Assembly: GCA_041389525.1 (NCBI GenBank)
Contig: JAWKRR010000018.1
Coordinates: 1,721 to 65,720, forward strand
Length of the DNA: 64,000 nucleotides
From: Myxococcota bacterium
GTDB lineage: Bacteria; Myxococcota_A; UBA9042; PHBI01; JACKFB01
Reading direction: 5' to 3'
The translations under genes were made by a program, and so were the position numbers. Below the pieces are notes generated by a model. The model saw only the letters and a list, made by a program, of their open reading frames with translations, had not been told where the DNA came from and searched no databases. Of the stretch, positions 9,138 to 24,100 are shown in pieces. Numbering within the stretch: the first letter of the stretch is position 1; every line of letters begins with the position of its first letter.

Positions 9138-10427
9138 TCAGATGCCGGCGGAAGACGCGGGACGGCGGCCAGCGACCCAGGCGACGGCCAGCGCGACCAA
9201 CCACCACGTGAGGTCCACCGGTGGGCCTCCAGACCGCGAGCCGCCGCCGGCCGAGCAGGCGCTTCCCAGGATGCTGGAGTTTGAGCCACCGCTCGACCCG
9301 TTCGGGCACGGCAGCGGCACGTAGTGGATGACCTCCTCGTGGACCTCCTCCTGCAGTCGGTAGTCCAGGGGCAGCGGCGCCAGCGTGGCGCCCAGGGGGG
9401 GCTTGCCGGCCGGCTTGTAGTCGAAGCCGGTGAGGATGGTGCCGTAGCTCGCCCAGACCCAGACGCCGCCGGTGCCGCTCGCGGGGACGCCTGCGAACCG
9501 CATCGTGGACGCGCCCGGGATCTCGTAGGCCGTGTCACCGATGGTCCACACCGAGAAGCTGATCTGGCCGCCCGCGTGCCAGCTGATGAGCGCAGGGATG
9601 ACCGGCCCGGTGCTCGGCGTATCGAAGGTGATGGCGAGCGGCTCCAAGAACGCTTTGCCCTGGTATTGCGGCACGTTGGCGACGCGGACGGCGACGAAGG
9701 CCCAGCCCGCGGCGGCGTACTCGCGCAGGATGGTCTCCGATTCATCGTCCAGACCGTACCCGTTCGCCTTCAGCCAGCCGGTGAACTCGCCGTCGAACCC
9801 GCCCTCGATGATCGCGACCTCATAGCCGCCGAGGACGCTGTGGCCGGTGAGCCACGGCTTGGTCCCCGAGTCGCCAGCGTCGGCGGTGATGGCGCCCGGC
9901 CCGCCGTCGCTGCTTGAGTCCACCACGTCCCTGCCGCCCTGGATTCCGGTGCCCATGGGCACGCTCGCCCCGCATCCGCCGCCGTAGTCTTCGCCCGCGT
10001 TGCGCGTCTGGGTCTGACCGTTTTGGCTGGAGAAGCTGGGGTCGTGGCACTGATATCCCATCGAGGCATCCGGCACTTCCACCACCGTCTCGACCACGAG
10101 GGGGCCGGCAGAGCGGCTCACGTCGTCGAAGATGGTGGCCGCCGTGACCTGGACCAGCGGCGAGCTGGGCACGGGGACCACGAGGCCGAAGGGGCCGCTG
10201 ACCTCGAGAAAGCGCGCGCCGACGATCATCGTCTCGCGGGCAGGCGTGGGGGGCTGTAGGTAGCTGTTGCCAGGCCAGACGCGGACCAGGACCGGCTGCT
10301 CGCCGGCGGGGATGACGTTGTACTCGGCACCAGGCTGGCTGGGAGCGACGACGCGACACACCGCGTGGGCGACGGCGCTGCAAGCGAGGAGAACCGACAG
10401 GGATAGGCCAATGATGATGCGTGTCAT
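9138..10427 (-). CDS. DUF2330-like secreted protein with C-terminal MYXO-CTERM-like anchor
   Basis: Signal peptide; FGLVVPVPS, GGYEVAII, WLKANGY, GWAFVAV, LEPLAITF motifs; C-terminal Gly/Ser linker, Cys, TM helix and RR. Confidence 0.75.
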   Translation of the reverse strand: MTRIIIGLSLSVLLACSAVAHAVCRVVAPSQPGAEYNVIPAGEQPVLVRVWPGNSYLQPPTPARETMIVGARFLEVSGPFGLVVPVPSSPLVQVTAATIFDDVSRSAGPLVVETVVEVPDASMGYQCHDPSFSSQNGQTQTRNAGEDYGGGCGASVPMGTGIQGGRDVVDSSSDGGPGAITADAGDSGTKPWLTGHSVLGGYEVAIIEGGFDGEFTGWLKANGYGLDDESETILREYAAAGWAFVAVRVANVPQYQGKAFLEPLAITFDTPSTGPVIPALISWHAGGQISFSVWTIGDTAYEIPGASTMRFAGVPASGTGGVWVWASYGTILTGFDYKPAGKPPLGATLAPLPLDYRLQEEVHEEVIHYVPLPCPNGSSGGSNSSILGSACSAGGGSRSGGPPVDLTWWLVALAVAWVAGRRPASSAGI

Positions 10428-10689
10428 GGTGGGGCACCTCCTGCGACCCGCAAGAGCAAGCGTCATGCCACACGCAAATCACTGCTAAATCGCACCGACA
10501 TGATCTCGGGCGGGCGATCGATGAGTGATAGTTCGCGAATCCAGTACGATCCGAGCGGGTTGTGAGGCAGGCCGCCGCCGAGAATCACCCGCGCAGCGTG
10601 CGCCTCCCCCTCGCCGGTCGATCACCGAAGGACCGACCGTCAGCCTCGCCGCGCGCGGGGGAGGGGCGGGAGGTCGGCGCAGCGCCCGC

Positions 10690-15897
<5,208 letters not shown>

Positions 15898-16085
15898 GCC
15901 AAATTAGTGCCAGAATCGGCCCGAAAGTGCCATCGCGGGTCTGGCGCGCCGCGAAACCTCTCCGCTCCCGCGCGGACTACGGTGTCGTCGGGGCGCGCTG
16001 GGCGTCGGACGGCGGGCGGCCCCGGATTGACTTCAGAGGCAGGCGCCGACACACTTTCGAGGCCCCTTGAGCCGGAGCTTCCGCC

Positions 16086-16481
16086 GTGCGCCCACCACCC
16101 CGTTTGCCCCATTACCTCCGATTCGCCCGTTCGCTCGCCTTCGCCGGCGGCCTAGCCCTCGCCGGGTGCGGAGACAGCTCGACCACCAACCCCGACGCCA
16201 TCGCCGACGTCGTCGCCGACGCGGGCGGCGACACGGTCGGCGACGGCACCACGCCGGACACCACGGCACCTGACGCCGACGTCACCGAGATCCCCGAGGT
16301 CGCTGAGGTCAGCGACTTCGACATCCCCGACCTCGCCGAGTTCGACGTCGCCGACGGCGTCATCGACTGCGCCAAGTGCGACTGCGGCTCCGCCGACGCC
16401 TCCACCGAGTGCGTCAATACCTGCTGCATCGCGGTAGGCCCGCTCTACCCGCCGGACCTGCCCGCGCTCGCTCACGCCTGA
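16086..16481 (+). CDS. Small lipoprotein with acidic linker and Cys-rich C-terminus ending GPLYPPDLP
   Basis: Lipobox LAGC; Asp/Ala-rich spacer; CAKCDC...CVNTCC-IAVGPLYPPDLPA; stop codon 2 nt before the next gene. Confidence 0.75.
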   Translation: MRPPPRLPHYLRFARSLAFAGGLALAGCGDSSTTNPDAIADVVADAGGDTVGDGTTPDTTAPDADVTEIPEVAEVSDFDIPDLAEFDVADGVIDCAKCDCGSADASTECVNTCCIAVGPLYPPDLPALAHA

Positions 16482-16483
16482 AC

Positions 16484-17314
16484 GTGCGTCTGCTCGGCCA
16501 GCTCTCGGGCACCGCGCTCAGCGACGAGCACCGCGCCATCGGCGCCGCCATGTCGCGGGTCGAGATCCCCGAATTTGCCTGGGAAATCCAGGCGATTTCC
16601 GCGCTCGACCCCCAGCTCCCCGCTCGCCTGCGCGCCCACTGGGCCGCTCGCCTGCGCGTGGAACACCGCTCCAGCATGGTCTTCGCCCAGCTCGCGGCCC
16701 AGCTCTTCGAGGCCGGCGCCTACCTGGACGAGCAGGTGGTCATGCTGCGGATGGCCCAGGACGAGCTGCGCCACACCGGCACCTGCGCGGCGGTCCTCCT
16801 CGCCCTCGGCGGGTCGCTTGAGGCACCACAGCCCGAGATCGAGCCGCTCGCCCGCCACGCCGGAGTCACCCCGGAGGAACGCGCGCTCCGCAACGTCATC
16901 TTCACCACCTGCATCTCGGAGATGGTGGCCTGCGCCCGCTTTGTGGCGACCCTGGACCACACGACCGACCCGATGATGCGTGGGGCGCTGCGGGTGCTGC
17001 TGTCTGACGAGACGCTGCACGGTCGGTTCGGGTTTCACTACCTGGCCGCGCGGGCGGAGGCGCTGCGGGAGCCGGCGCTGCGGACGTCGCTGTACCGGTT
17101 CTTGGTCCACGCGTTCGCGGTGGCCGAGCGCGAGCTGGCGCCGGTGCCGCCGTGGCGAGCGTCGAGCGCCGCCGAGCGAGCGTATGGGCTGGAGGACCCC
17201 GAGCTGGCGCATGAGGTGTTCCACCAGACCCTCGAGCACGCGGTGGTCCCGGGGCTTGAGCAGCACGGGATCGAGGCCGGGGCGGCGTGGCGGGAGCGTC
17301 GGCTCCTGGCGTGA
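16484..17314 (+). CDS. Ferritin-like di-iron carboxylate protein
   Basis: Helical protein with paired ligands E(VEHRS), DELRH, CISE, DETLH; GTG start at 16484. Confidence 0.85.
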   Translation: MRLLGQLSGTALSDEHRAIGAAMSRVEIPEFAWEIQAISALDPQLPARLRAHWAARLRVEHRSSMVFAQLAAQLFEAGAYLDEQVVMLRMAQDELRHTGTCAAVLLALGGSLEAPQPEIEPLARHAGVTPEERALRNVIFTTCISEMVACARFVATLDHTTDPMMRGALRVLLSDETLHGRFGFHYLAARAEALREPALRTSLYRFLVHAFAVAERELAPVPPWRASSAAERAYGLEDPELAHEVFHQTLEHAVVPGLEQHGIEAGAAWRERRLLA

Positions 17315-17400
17315 GCGCCCGCGAGTCGCGAGCCCGCGAAGACGCTCAGGGCGCCCAGGTCAGGCGCCGCGAGGGGCCTCCGGGCTGCGCGCGCGCCGCC

Positions 17401-18897
17401 TCACGGAAAGCAGAAGCCGCCTCCGCCCTTGCTGTACATGGTGCCGAGGGTGGTCACCTTCAGCGAGGGCCACTCCACCGTGAAGACGTCCCATGTGCGG
17501 TTGGTCTGGTCGAGGTGGGTCGGCCCCCAGCTCTGGATGACCGTGCCGTAGCTCAGCAGCTGGACGGTGGCTTTCGACGGCTGCGGGAACGAGCCCTCGT
17601 AGGTGTCATCATAGTAATGGATGATGAACTTGTAGGTGCCCGGCTTGGGGTCGGAGATGTTGATGTTCTCGGGGCCAAAGCCGTCGACGTCGTCGAGGTC
17701 GAGGAAGGGGTCGTCGAGGATGTCGCCCTTAGTGCCCCAATCGGGCTGCGGATTGCCGAAGTAGCAGTCGGTTTGGCAGTCCCACATGGAGCCGCCGGGC
17801 CAGAGCAGGTGCATGTCGACGTCGGTGGCGTCAGCGTCCCACGTGAGGTTGATGTGCAGGCCGATCTCCTCGAGCGGGGGGGCGACGCCGATGCCGGAGA
17901 CGTCGAGCTGGAGCTGCGGGGTCTTGGGGTCGTCGGTGTGCAGGAGGAAGTAGCCGGAGTCGGGGCCGGCGAGGTGCGGCGCGTAGCTGACGTCGAGGAC
18001 GACGGATTTGCCGGGGCCGATGGTGTTTGGGAGGGCGGGGAGGTTGGTGATCTGGAACTCGTCGGAGAGCGGGAAGAAGAGGAAGGCGGAGCGGGTGATT
18101 TGCTTGAGGACGAGGGAGGCGGTCGACGAGCAGTTGGTGAGCGTGGCCTGCTTGGTGGAGACGTTGCCGCGGGTGACCTGGCCGAAGTTGAGCGCGGTGG
18201 GTTTGAGCTCGGCGCAGGGCTCGGGGTTGTTGATGGTGCCTTTGACGTAGCTGGAGAGCGGGACCTCGATGACGGGGCGCACGGGGTCGTTGGACTCGAT
18301 GCGGAGGACGCCGGGGGCGCCGGTGCCCTGGGTGAAGCCGACGCGGACGAGGGTCTGCTTTTGGGGCTGCACGGTCTTGGGGAGCGGGGGGAGGAGTGCC
18401 AGGGAGAAGTCGGGCGAGCCGGTGGTCGTGAGCGCGTAGATGTGCAGCGGGGCGTCGCCGGTGTTGTAGAGGGTGAACTGCTTTACCAGGGTCTCTTTTA
18501 GCGGGGAGATATAAGGGAAAGCGTAGAGTTCGGGGTCGACGGCGAGGGCGGGGGCCGTCGGGGCGGGGGCGTCTGGGGGGTCCGAGTCGCCGGTGGGCGC
18601 GTCGGGCGGGCTGGCGTCTGTCGCGGCGTCGGGCGGGCTGGAGTCTGTCGCGGCGTCGGGCGGGCTGGCGTCTGTCGCGGCGTCGGGCGGGCTGGCGTCT
18701 GTCGCGGCGTCGGGCGGGCTGGCGTCCGTGGCCGCGGGGGTGTCCAGGGTCGCGAAGCCGTCGCCGCCGATGACGGCGTCTGCGAGTGCGACGGGCGTGT
18801 CGGCGGCGCCCGGGTCGGACGAGTCCGAGCAGGCGAGGAGGCCGAGGGCCCCGAGGGTGAAGGCGGAGAGGACGATGAGGGGGGCTGGGTTGCGCAT
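17401..18897 (-). CDS. Lipoprotein with choice-of-anchor D (ASH/Ig-like) domains and a C-terminal YfaP/DUF2135-like domain
   Basis: Lipobox LLAC; two Ig-like units (FTLYNTGDAPLHI, LRIESNDP; LNFGQV...LTNC...HTDDP); INLTWDADATDVDMHL...LDLDDVDGFGPENINI. Confidence 0.8.
   Translation of the reverse strand: MRNPAPLIVLSAFTLGALGLLACSDSSDPGAADTPVALADAVIGGDGFATLDTPAATDASPPDAATDASPPDAATDASPPDAATDSSPPDAATDASPPDAPTGDSDPPDAPAPTAPALAVDPELYAFPYISPLKETLVKQFTLYNTGDAPLHIYALTTTGSPDFSLALLPPLPKTVQPQKQTLVRVGFTQGTGAPGVLRIESNDPVRPVIEVPLSSYVKGTINNPEPCAELKPTALNFGQVTRGNVSTKQATLTNCSSTASLVLKQITRSAFLFFPLSDEFQITNLPALPNTIGPGKSVVLDVSYAPHLAGPDSGYFLLHTDDPKTPQLQLDVSGIGVAPPLEEIGLHINLTWDADATDVDMHLLWPGGSMWDCQTDCYFGNPQPDWGTKGDILDDPFLDLDDVDGFGPENINISDPKPGTYKFIIHYYDDTYEGSFPQPSKATVQLLSYGTVIQSWGPTHLDQTNRTWDVFTVEWPSLKVTTLGTMYSKGGGGFCFP
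18599..18733 (-). repeat. In-frame 27-bp tandem repeat (about 5 copies) encoding PPDAATDAS
   Basis: gcgtcgggcgggctggcgtctgtcgcg units seen directly, within the lipoprotein linker. Confidence 0.9.
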
Positions 18898-19001
18898 GGT
18901 GGGGATCCTGCATGGGCGCGAGATCGGCGGCAAGGGGGCAGGGCGCGCGCTGTGACCGCGGGCGCTGGACCTGGTTGGCGTGGCCGCTGATAATGCGCGG
19001 T

Positions 19002-20237
19002 ATGAACAAGGTCACGCATCGCGCATTCGCTCGCCTCGGCGCGGGCTGCCTCGCCCTCGCCCTGCTGGCGGCGTGCCCGCCCGACAAGGACACGGCGGCG
19101 GACGCGGACGCGGTGGCCGAGACGTCCGGGGACGCTGGCGGCGAGACCGAGACGGGGGCGGACGCGGACCTCGACGCGGTGGCGGAGACGGACACGGCCA
19201 CTGACGCGGGCTCCGACGCGGTGGGGGACGCCGAGACCCTCGGCGATGCGGCCCCCGACGCGGACGGAGCGGCTGACGGGGCCGCCGACACGGCGGCGGA
19301 CGGCGCGCCGGACACCGTCGCGCAGGAGTGCTGTTTTCTCGACTCCCAGTGCGGTGAGGGCAAGACCTGCGCGAAGCTGCTGGCCCAGTCCTCGCTGGGC
19401 AAGTGCGAGGCCACGCCGCCGGCGGGTAAGTGCTGGGACGCGAGCGAATGCGCCGTTGGGGCCGTGTGCGACGCGGCCACGACCTGCCCATGTGGGACCG
19501 GCTGCGAGAACACCTCGCCGGGCGTCTGTGCGCCCCAAGCCGGCTGCTGCGAGACCGACGCGGACTGCAAAGGCGACGAGGTGTGCGCCCGGGGCTTCGG
19601 AGCCGAGCACTACAGCCGCTGCATGCCCGCCATCGCCGCGGGCGGGTGCTGGGACGACGGCCAGTGCGGCGCGGGACAGGCGTGCACGAACGCGTTCTTC
19701 TGTCCGTGCCACATGGGTTGCGGGGCGGCGGATGTGCCGGGGACGTGCCAGGACTTGCCGAGCGGCTGCTGCGTCTCGGACGCAGGCTGCGCCGCGGGGC
19801 AGGTCTGCGAGGGAGGCACGACGGCGCTGCCTGGCACCTGCAAGGCCGCCCCCAAAGGGCCCGCGTGTGCCAGCGGCGACACCTGCTGCTGGACGAGCGC
19901 GGACTGTGGCGCCGGGCTCCGGTGCGAGGGCGCGCTGGCGTGCGGGTGCCTCGCGCTGTGCCCGAACTGCGGCAACTGCGTGGCCGACCAGCTCGGGAAG
20001 TGCGCGCCCGTCGTCGACAGCTGCTGCACCAGCGACGCCGAGTGCGGCGCCGGCTACGTCTGCGGCGACCTGGGCATCAACACGAACGTCGGCCCCTGCA
20101 AGCCCGCACCGCCGGCGGGCAAGTGCTGGGCGGCGGCTCAGTGCGCGCCGAACCAGACCTGTCAGGGCGCGCTCATCTGCCCGTGCGACGCCGACTGCGA
20201 CCAGGACGACGCGCCCGGAGACTGCGTCGGCGGCTGA
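19002..20237 (+). CDS. Cys-rich lipoprotein with internal CCxxDxxC / PPAGKCW repeats
   Basis: Lipobox LAAC; DA-rich linker; repeated CC..D..C..G..C...CK..PP.G.CW...C...CPC...PG.C units. Confidence 0.8.
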   Translation: MNKVTHRAFARLGAGCLALALLAACPPDKDTAADADAVAETSGDAGGETETGADADLDAVAETDTATDAGSDAVGDAETLGDAAPDADGAADGAADTAADGAPDTVAQECCFLDSQCGEGKTCAKLLAQSSLGKCEATPPAGKCWDASECAVGAVCDAATTCPCGTGCENTSPGVCAPQAGCCETDADCKGDEVCARGFGAEHYSRCMPAIAAGGCWDDGQCGAGQACTNAFFCPCHMGCGAADVPGTCQDLPSGCCVSDAGCAAGQVCEGGTTALPGTCKAAPKGPACASGDTCCWTSADCGAGLRCEGALACGCLALCPNCGNCVADQLGKCAPVVDSCCTSDAECGAGYVCGDLGINTNVGPCKPAPPAGKCWAAAQCAPNQTCQGALICPCDADCDQDDAPGDCVGG

Positions 20238-20375
20238 GGGTGAAGCGCCCGCGGGCTTTGCTCCGGGGATGCGCGGCGGTCCTTCCCTGAGCGGTTTGCG
20301 TCCTCGAGATGCTCCACCGGGCCCGGCTCGTCGGGACGCGGCGGGCGCAGAGCCGACGCGCCGCCGAGGCTCAGG

Positions 20376-21244
20376 TCAGCCGCCCCCGAAGTCGATGTCC
20401 GGGCCGACCGGGACGATGCCGTGCGGGTTGATGCTCTTGTGGCTGCCGAAGTAGTGGCGCTTGATGTACGGGATGTCGACGGTCTCCGCGATGCCCGGCA
20501 GCGCGTAGAGGCGCTTGGTGAAGGCCCACAGCCGCGGGTAGTCGCGCAGGCGCCGCAGGTTGCACTTGAAGTGGTAGTGGTAGACCGGGTCGAAGCGCAC
20601 CAGCGTCGTGAAGAGGCGCCAGTCCGCCTCGGTCTCCTGCCCGCCGACCAGCCACTGCTGCCCGTCCAAGCGCTCCTCGAGCCGGTCCAGCGTCGTGAAG
20701 AGCCCCGCGAACGCGTCCTCGTAGGCGGCCTGCGTGGTGCGAATCCGCAGCGATAGACGCTGCTGTTTACGTTGTCGTAGACCTCCGCGTTCAGCGCGTC
20801 GATCCGCCACGCAGCGCCTCGTGTAGAAGTCGTGGCGCACGTCGGCGAAGGCGTCGAAGGCGCCGTTCATGATGCGCAGGATCTCGACGATTCGTTGTTC
20901 ACGATGGTCTTCAGCTGACCGTGATCCCAGAGCACCGGGACCGTGACGCGCCCGGAATCCGGCCGCGCGGCGGTGTAGATCTCGTGCAGGAAGCGCGCGC
21001 TGCAGGGGATCCGTCCCCCAGCCGTTCTCCAGCATCAACGGCGCTACGCTCGAGAAGCTGATGACGCCCTCGGCGCCCTTGCGGACGCGCATCACCAGCG
21101 TGCGGTGCGCCCACGGGCAGGCCCACGACATACAGGTGGCGCCTGCGCGCCGCCGGAAACGCGCCGGAACCGTCGGCGGTCACCGCGTTTCCGAAACGAG
21201 GAATCCTCCTCGCTGAACGGCCACCTCGGTCGGATACCAGACAT
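20376..21244 (-). pseudogene. Omega-class glutathione S-transferase (glutathionyl-hydroquinone reductase, YqjG/ECM4 family), multiply frameshifted
   Basis: CPWAHRT active site; C-terminal TEADWRLFTTLVRFDPVYHYHFKCNLRRL...HYFGSHKSINPHGIVPVGP. N-terminal motifs (AVTADGSGAFPA...HLYV) sit in other frames. Could be a true pseudogene or sequencing error. Confidence 0.85.
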
Positions 21245-21399
21245 GCGCCATTTCGCCACCCACCAGCTTCCCCATCCTGCACCTTCCCCTGCGTCCGGTC
21301 GCCCCAGCCATCCTGGCCTCGCCGCCGCAGCCGTCAACCCCCGGCGCGCGCCCTCGGGAGGGGAACAGCCCCCAGGCCAAGCCTTCCGCGCTGCAGCGC

Positions 21400-21715
21400 T
21401 GCCATGGGCTTTAGCCGGCTTCCTGACTGCGGAGCGGAGCCGCTTCCAGAGAGCCCGGGATCTCTGGCGCTGTGCCAGACCGCGACGACAAACAGCATCT
21501 CTGCCTTCGCTCAAGATTGTTCAGCCCAGCGGAAAGCGCCGAAGCGTGCAGCGCCGATACCCTCCGCCGAGCTTCACCGCCGCACCCGGATGGTCGCTAA
21601 TCGAGGCTATGCACGGCGGAACTCGGCGACGAACTCTGAGCCGAGCCCGCTACCTGCTCGTCACCATCGCCGGCCTGCAGGCGGAGCCCAGCGCAGGGAG
21701 GATGACGGCCTTCAT
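21400..21715 (-). pseudogene. RelE/ParE family toxin, frameshifted
   Basis: Reading across frames gives MKAVILP...GLGSEFVAEFRRA..SDHPGAAVKLGGGYRRCTLRRFP...VVAVWHSARDP..WKR. Confidence 0.7.
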
Positions 21716-21911
21716 CGCGTCTTGAGGTAGTCAGCCGTGTCTTCCGCAGCGCGACGCCGGTCGTCGGGTCCTCCTCGTAGCCGGCGACGCGGCGATCCAG
21801 CTCGGCGAGCTCATCCACCGTGAGCGGCGCTGACAACTCGTCGTCGAGAGCGAGTTCCACAGTGTCTCGATCAGCTGCAGCTTTTCCCTGCGGCAACTTC
21901 ATTGATTTCAT
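21712..21911 (-). pseudogene. Putative addiction-module antitoxin (TIGR02574-like), frameshifted
   Basis: EKLQLIETLWNSL in one frame, LTVDELAELDRRVAGYEEDPTTG in another; directly upstream of the ParE-like toxin. Confidence 0.7.
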
Positions 21912-22116
21912 TGCCCACGCTGCAGCGCTCACGTTCTTCCTGTGGGTCGGGCCAACATCAACATAGTCCTGACGGGGCCGGTGTCCAAGCCTGGGACATG
22001 AGCGTTCTCAGCTCCCCTGGGGTCGGTGGGGCCTGCGAGGCAGCGGGATAATCATCATGTGGAACGACAGCGCGGAAGCAATGGGGTGCACCAGCACCTC
22101 GCCTCTGGAGCCAGTC

Positions 22117-22380
22117 ATGGCCACCCCACCCCGCATCACCTTCGATCCGTCGTTGGCGGGCGGGAAGCCGTGCATTCGCGGGCTCCGGGTCACCGTCGCA
22201 GGCCGGTCGTAGGTCTGCCGCTTCCGGGCGTTCCTGAAGAGATCCTCGCGCTCTATCCCTACCTCGAACCCGACGACATTCAGGCTGCCCCACGGCCAGC
22301 GTGGCGAGTCGAGGATAAGACCCGCCCCTCGGCCCTGATGCGCCTCCTGCTCGACATGAACCTCTCCCCCGCGTCGGTGA
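22117..22380 (+). pseudogene. DUF433 antitoxin plus start of a DUF5615 PIN-like toxin, degenerate copy 1
   Basis: MATPPRITFDPSLAGGKPCIRGLRVTV...EEILALYPYLEPDDIQAA, followed by TGATG-coupled MRLLLDMNLSP. Confidence 0.8.
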
Positions 22381-22487
22381 GCGAATTGACGCTCCGTATT
22401 AGTTTCCCTTGGGGTTAGTTCCGTTAGAGGTGGTTCAAAGTGCGAGTACGGGGTAAGAACCCTGCTTTCCCGCGAAGAATATCACCC

Positions 22488-22561
22488 CAAAATGAAGAAA
22501 TGAGTGGCGTTGCCTACTCGCTTCAAAATGAGAAATGGGTGGCGTTGCCCCTACTCGCTTC
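22488..22561 (+). repeat. Two-copy ~37-bp AT-richer tandem repeat
   Basis: aaaatga(a)gaaatg(a/g)gtggcgttgcc(cc)tactcgcttc occurs twice head-to-tail. Confidence 0.75.
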
Positions 22562-22719
22562 AGCACGTGCAGGCTCACCTACCAAGCAAGAGGAGAGGCG
22601 CCTGACAGGCGCGGTGTAGGCCGAGAAGAAGAGAACGCAGCGGATCGGACCGCGTAGTCATCGAAATCAGGAGGGCCTTTTATAAAACTCACCCATGTCG
22701 AGAATTGAGTGGTCTCGAC

Positions 22720-22850
22720 CCCTACATCCTCGACCTCGAACCCGACGACATTCAGGCTGCCCTGACCTACGCCGCGTGGCGAGTCGAGGAGCAAGACTCC
22801 GCCCTCGGCCCTTGATGCGCCTGCTGCCCGACATGGCTTCGCCTGCGGGC
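22720..22850 (+). pseudogene. Second partial DUF433/DUF5615 junction fragment
   Basis: cctcgaacccgacgacattcaggctgccc...gcgtggcgagtcgagga...tgatgcgcctgctgcccgacatg repeats the 22260-22360 segment. Confidence 0.7.
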
Positions 22851-23421
22851 CGAGCCGGGCGCTTGTGGGCTCACGATGACGTGCAGTCTATTATCTCTCC
22901 CCGGGTCGGATCCCCCGGTCCTCTGTTCGCTCCCCGGGGTTGGCTTTGCCAAGGTTTTGGGGGATCTCGTATGGGGGGAGCGCAATGGGTGAAGCAATCG
23001 GCTCGCGTCTTGAAGAGGCTATCAAGCTGCTGCGGACGTGGATGCTAGGGGCGAGCGGTAGTGGAAATGTAGGCCAAGATCCCAGGAGCCGATTCTGGCC
23101 TCAGGAACAGACACTTCAGGATTGGTTTGCCGCTGCGCTTGTGCGGGCAGGCTATTGTGCGGGCCCCACCCATGTACTCGCGGAAATTGCGCTTGGTGTC
23201 AGCAGGGGTCGAGAAGCGCGTAGGGCCGGCGAGCAGCGCGTGATGCCGACAATCTGGCTGGCGACCAGCAGGTCGCGTAGTCAGAGGTGTCTTGAAGTCG
23301 GGGAGCTGGCGCAGTAACGCCGGCTCCCCTGGGCGGGTCCGACAACAAACGTCTGAACCGTCCGAGCGGAGGATGCCGCGGACCGCTTAGGACGGCCAGG
23401 ACTTCGAGGCGGGAGACCCCG

Positions 23422-24060
23422 CTGGAGAGCGCTCGTCTGTACTCGTGCCGCGCGTGCGGTCACCTCGTGACGATCTGTCGGTCTTGCGACCGCGGCAACA
23501 TCTACTGCCAGGACTGCCGCCCTGAGCGCCGCTGTGCGAGTCGCCGCCGGGCTCGCCAGACCTACCGCCGCACCGCTCGCGGCGCCCGCAAGCACAAGAT
23601 GGGCGAGTCGCGCCGCTACCACCGGTTGCGCGCCGCCGCCCTCACAAACCTGGGGGATCACGGTTCCGCCACCCCATCGCCGGTCGCAGCATCTTCCGAG
23701 ACCTCGACCCCCAACCCTGTCGAGGCGGAGGTGACCCATGCATCATTGGAAGATGGCCATCGAGCCGACCACCTGGAACACAAAGCTCCTGGTGACGGAC
23801 CCGGACGGCCACGAGCTCTTGAAGGCGGCCCTGCCGCCGACCCCGCAGCACCCGCGTGCCCTGCTGACGCTGCTCGAGGGCCTGGCGCTTTGGGCCGGAC
23901 GCCCGCTCACGGCTGTGATTTCTGTCGGGCCGACGTTGCCCCGGCACTTCGACGAGGCTTTGTTCGGCACCCCGCTCGTCCCGAGCGACAGCGCGCTGGT
24001 GCGCTTCGAAGTGGTCGCGCCGGCCCGCCGCCGCCGCCGCACCCTCAGCGGTGTCGGTGA
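23422..24060 (+). CDS. IS21 accessory ORF with Cys-rich putative Zn-binding N-terminus and basic region
   Basis: LESARLYSCRACGHLVTICRSCDRGNIYCQDCR followed by an Arg-rich helix. Start uncertain (CTG at 23422 after GGAG, or GTG at 23467); the 3' part overlaps the next ORF. Confidence 0.6.
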   Translation: MESARLYSCRACGHLVTICRSCDRGNIYCQDCRPERRCASRRRARQTYRRTARGARKHKMGESRRYHRLRAAALTNLGDHGSATPSPVAASSETSTPNPVEAEVTHASLEDGHRADHLEHKAPGDGPGRPRALEGGPAADPAAPACPADAARGPGALGRTPAHGCDFCRADVAPALRRGFVRHPARPERQRAGALRSGRAGPPPPPHPQRCR

Positions 24061-24100
24061 CTTCCGGCAGCTCCGCCTCCTGCACCGGGGGCGGGCATGA
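23738..24100 (+). CDS. IS21 accessory ORF 2 (hypothetical, 120 aa)
   Basis: GGAGG ribosome-binding site upstream; TKLLVTDPDGHELLKAALPP..HPRALLTLLEGLALWAG; ATGA overlap with istA. Confidence 0.75.
   Translation: MHHWKMAIEPTTWNTKLLVTDPDGHELLKAALPPTPQHPRALLTLLEGLALWAGRPLTAVISVGPTLPRHFDEALFGTPLVPSDSALVRFEVVAPARRRRRTLSGVGDFRQLRLLHRGRA

Noticed and set aside
8158-9309. 383-aa ORF spanning the DUF1801 gene
   Set aside because: The upstream part is an Arg/Pro-rich alternative-frame read-through; only 8158..8493 looks protein-like.
18599-18733. Non-coding or regulatory tandem repeat
   Set aside because: The 27-bp unit is in frame and encodes the PPDAATDAS linker of a lipoprotein.
22405-22440. Integron attC/attI site (GTTAG motifs among TA genes)
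   Set aside because: No matching RYYYAAC inverse core with attC hairpin was found, and there is no integron integrase in the window.
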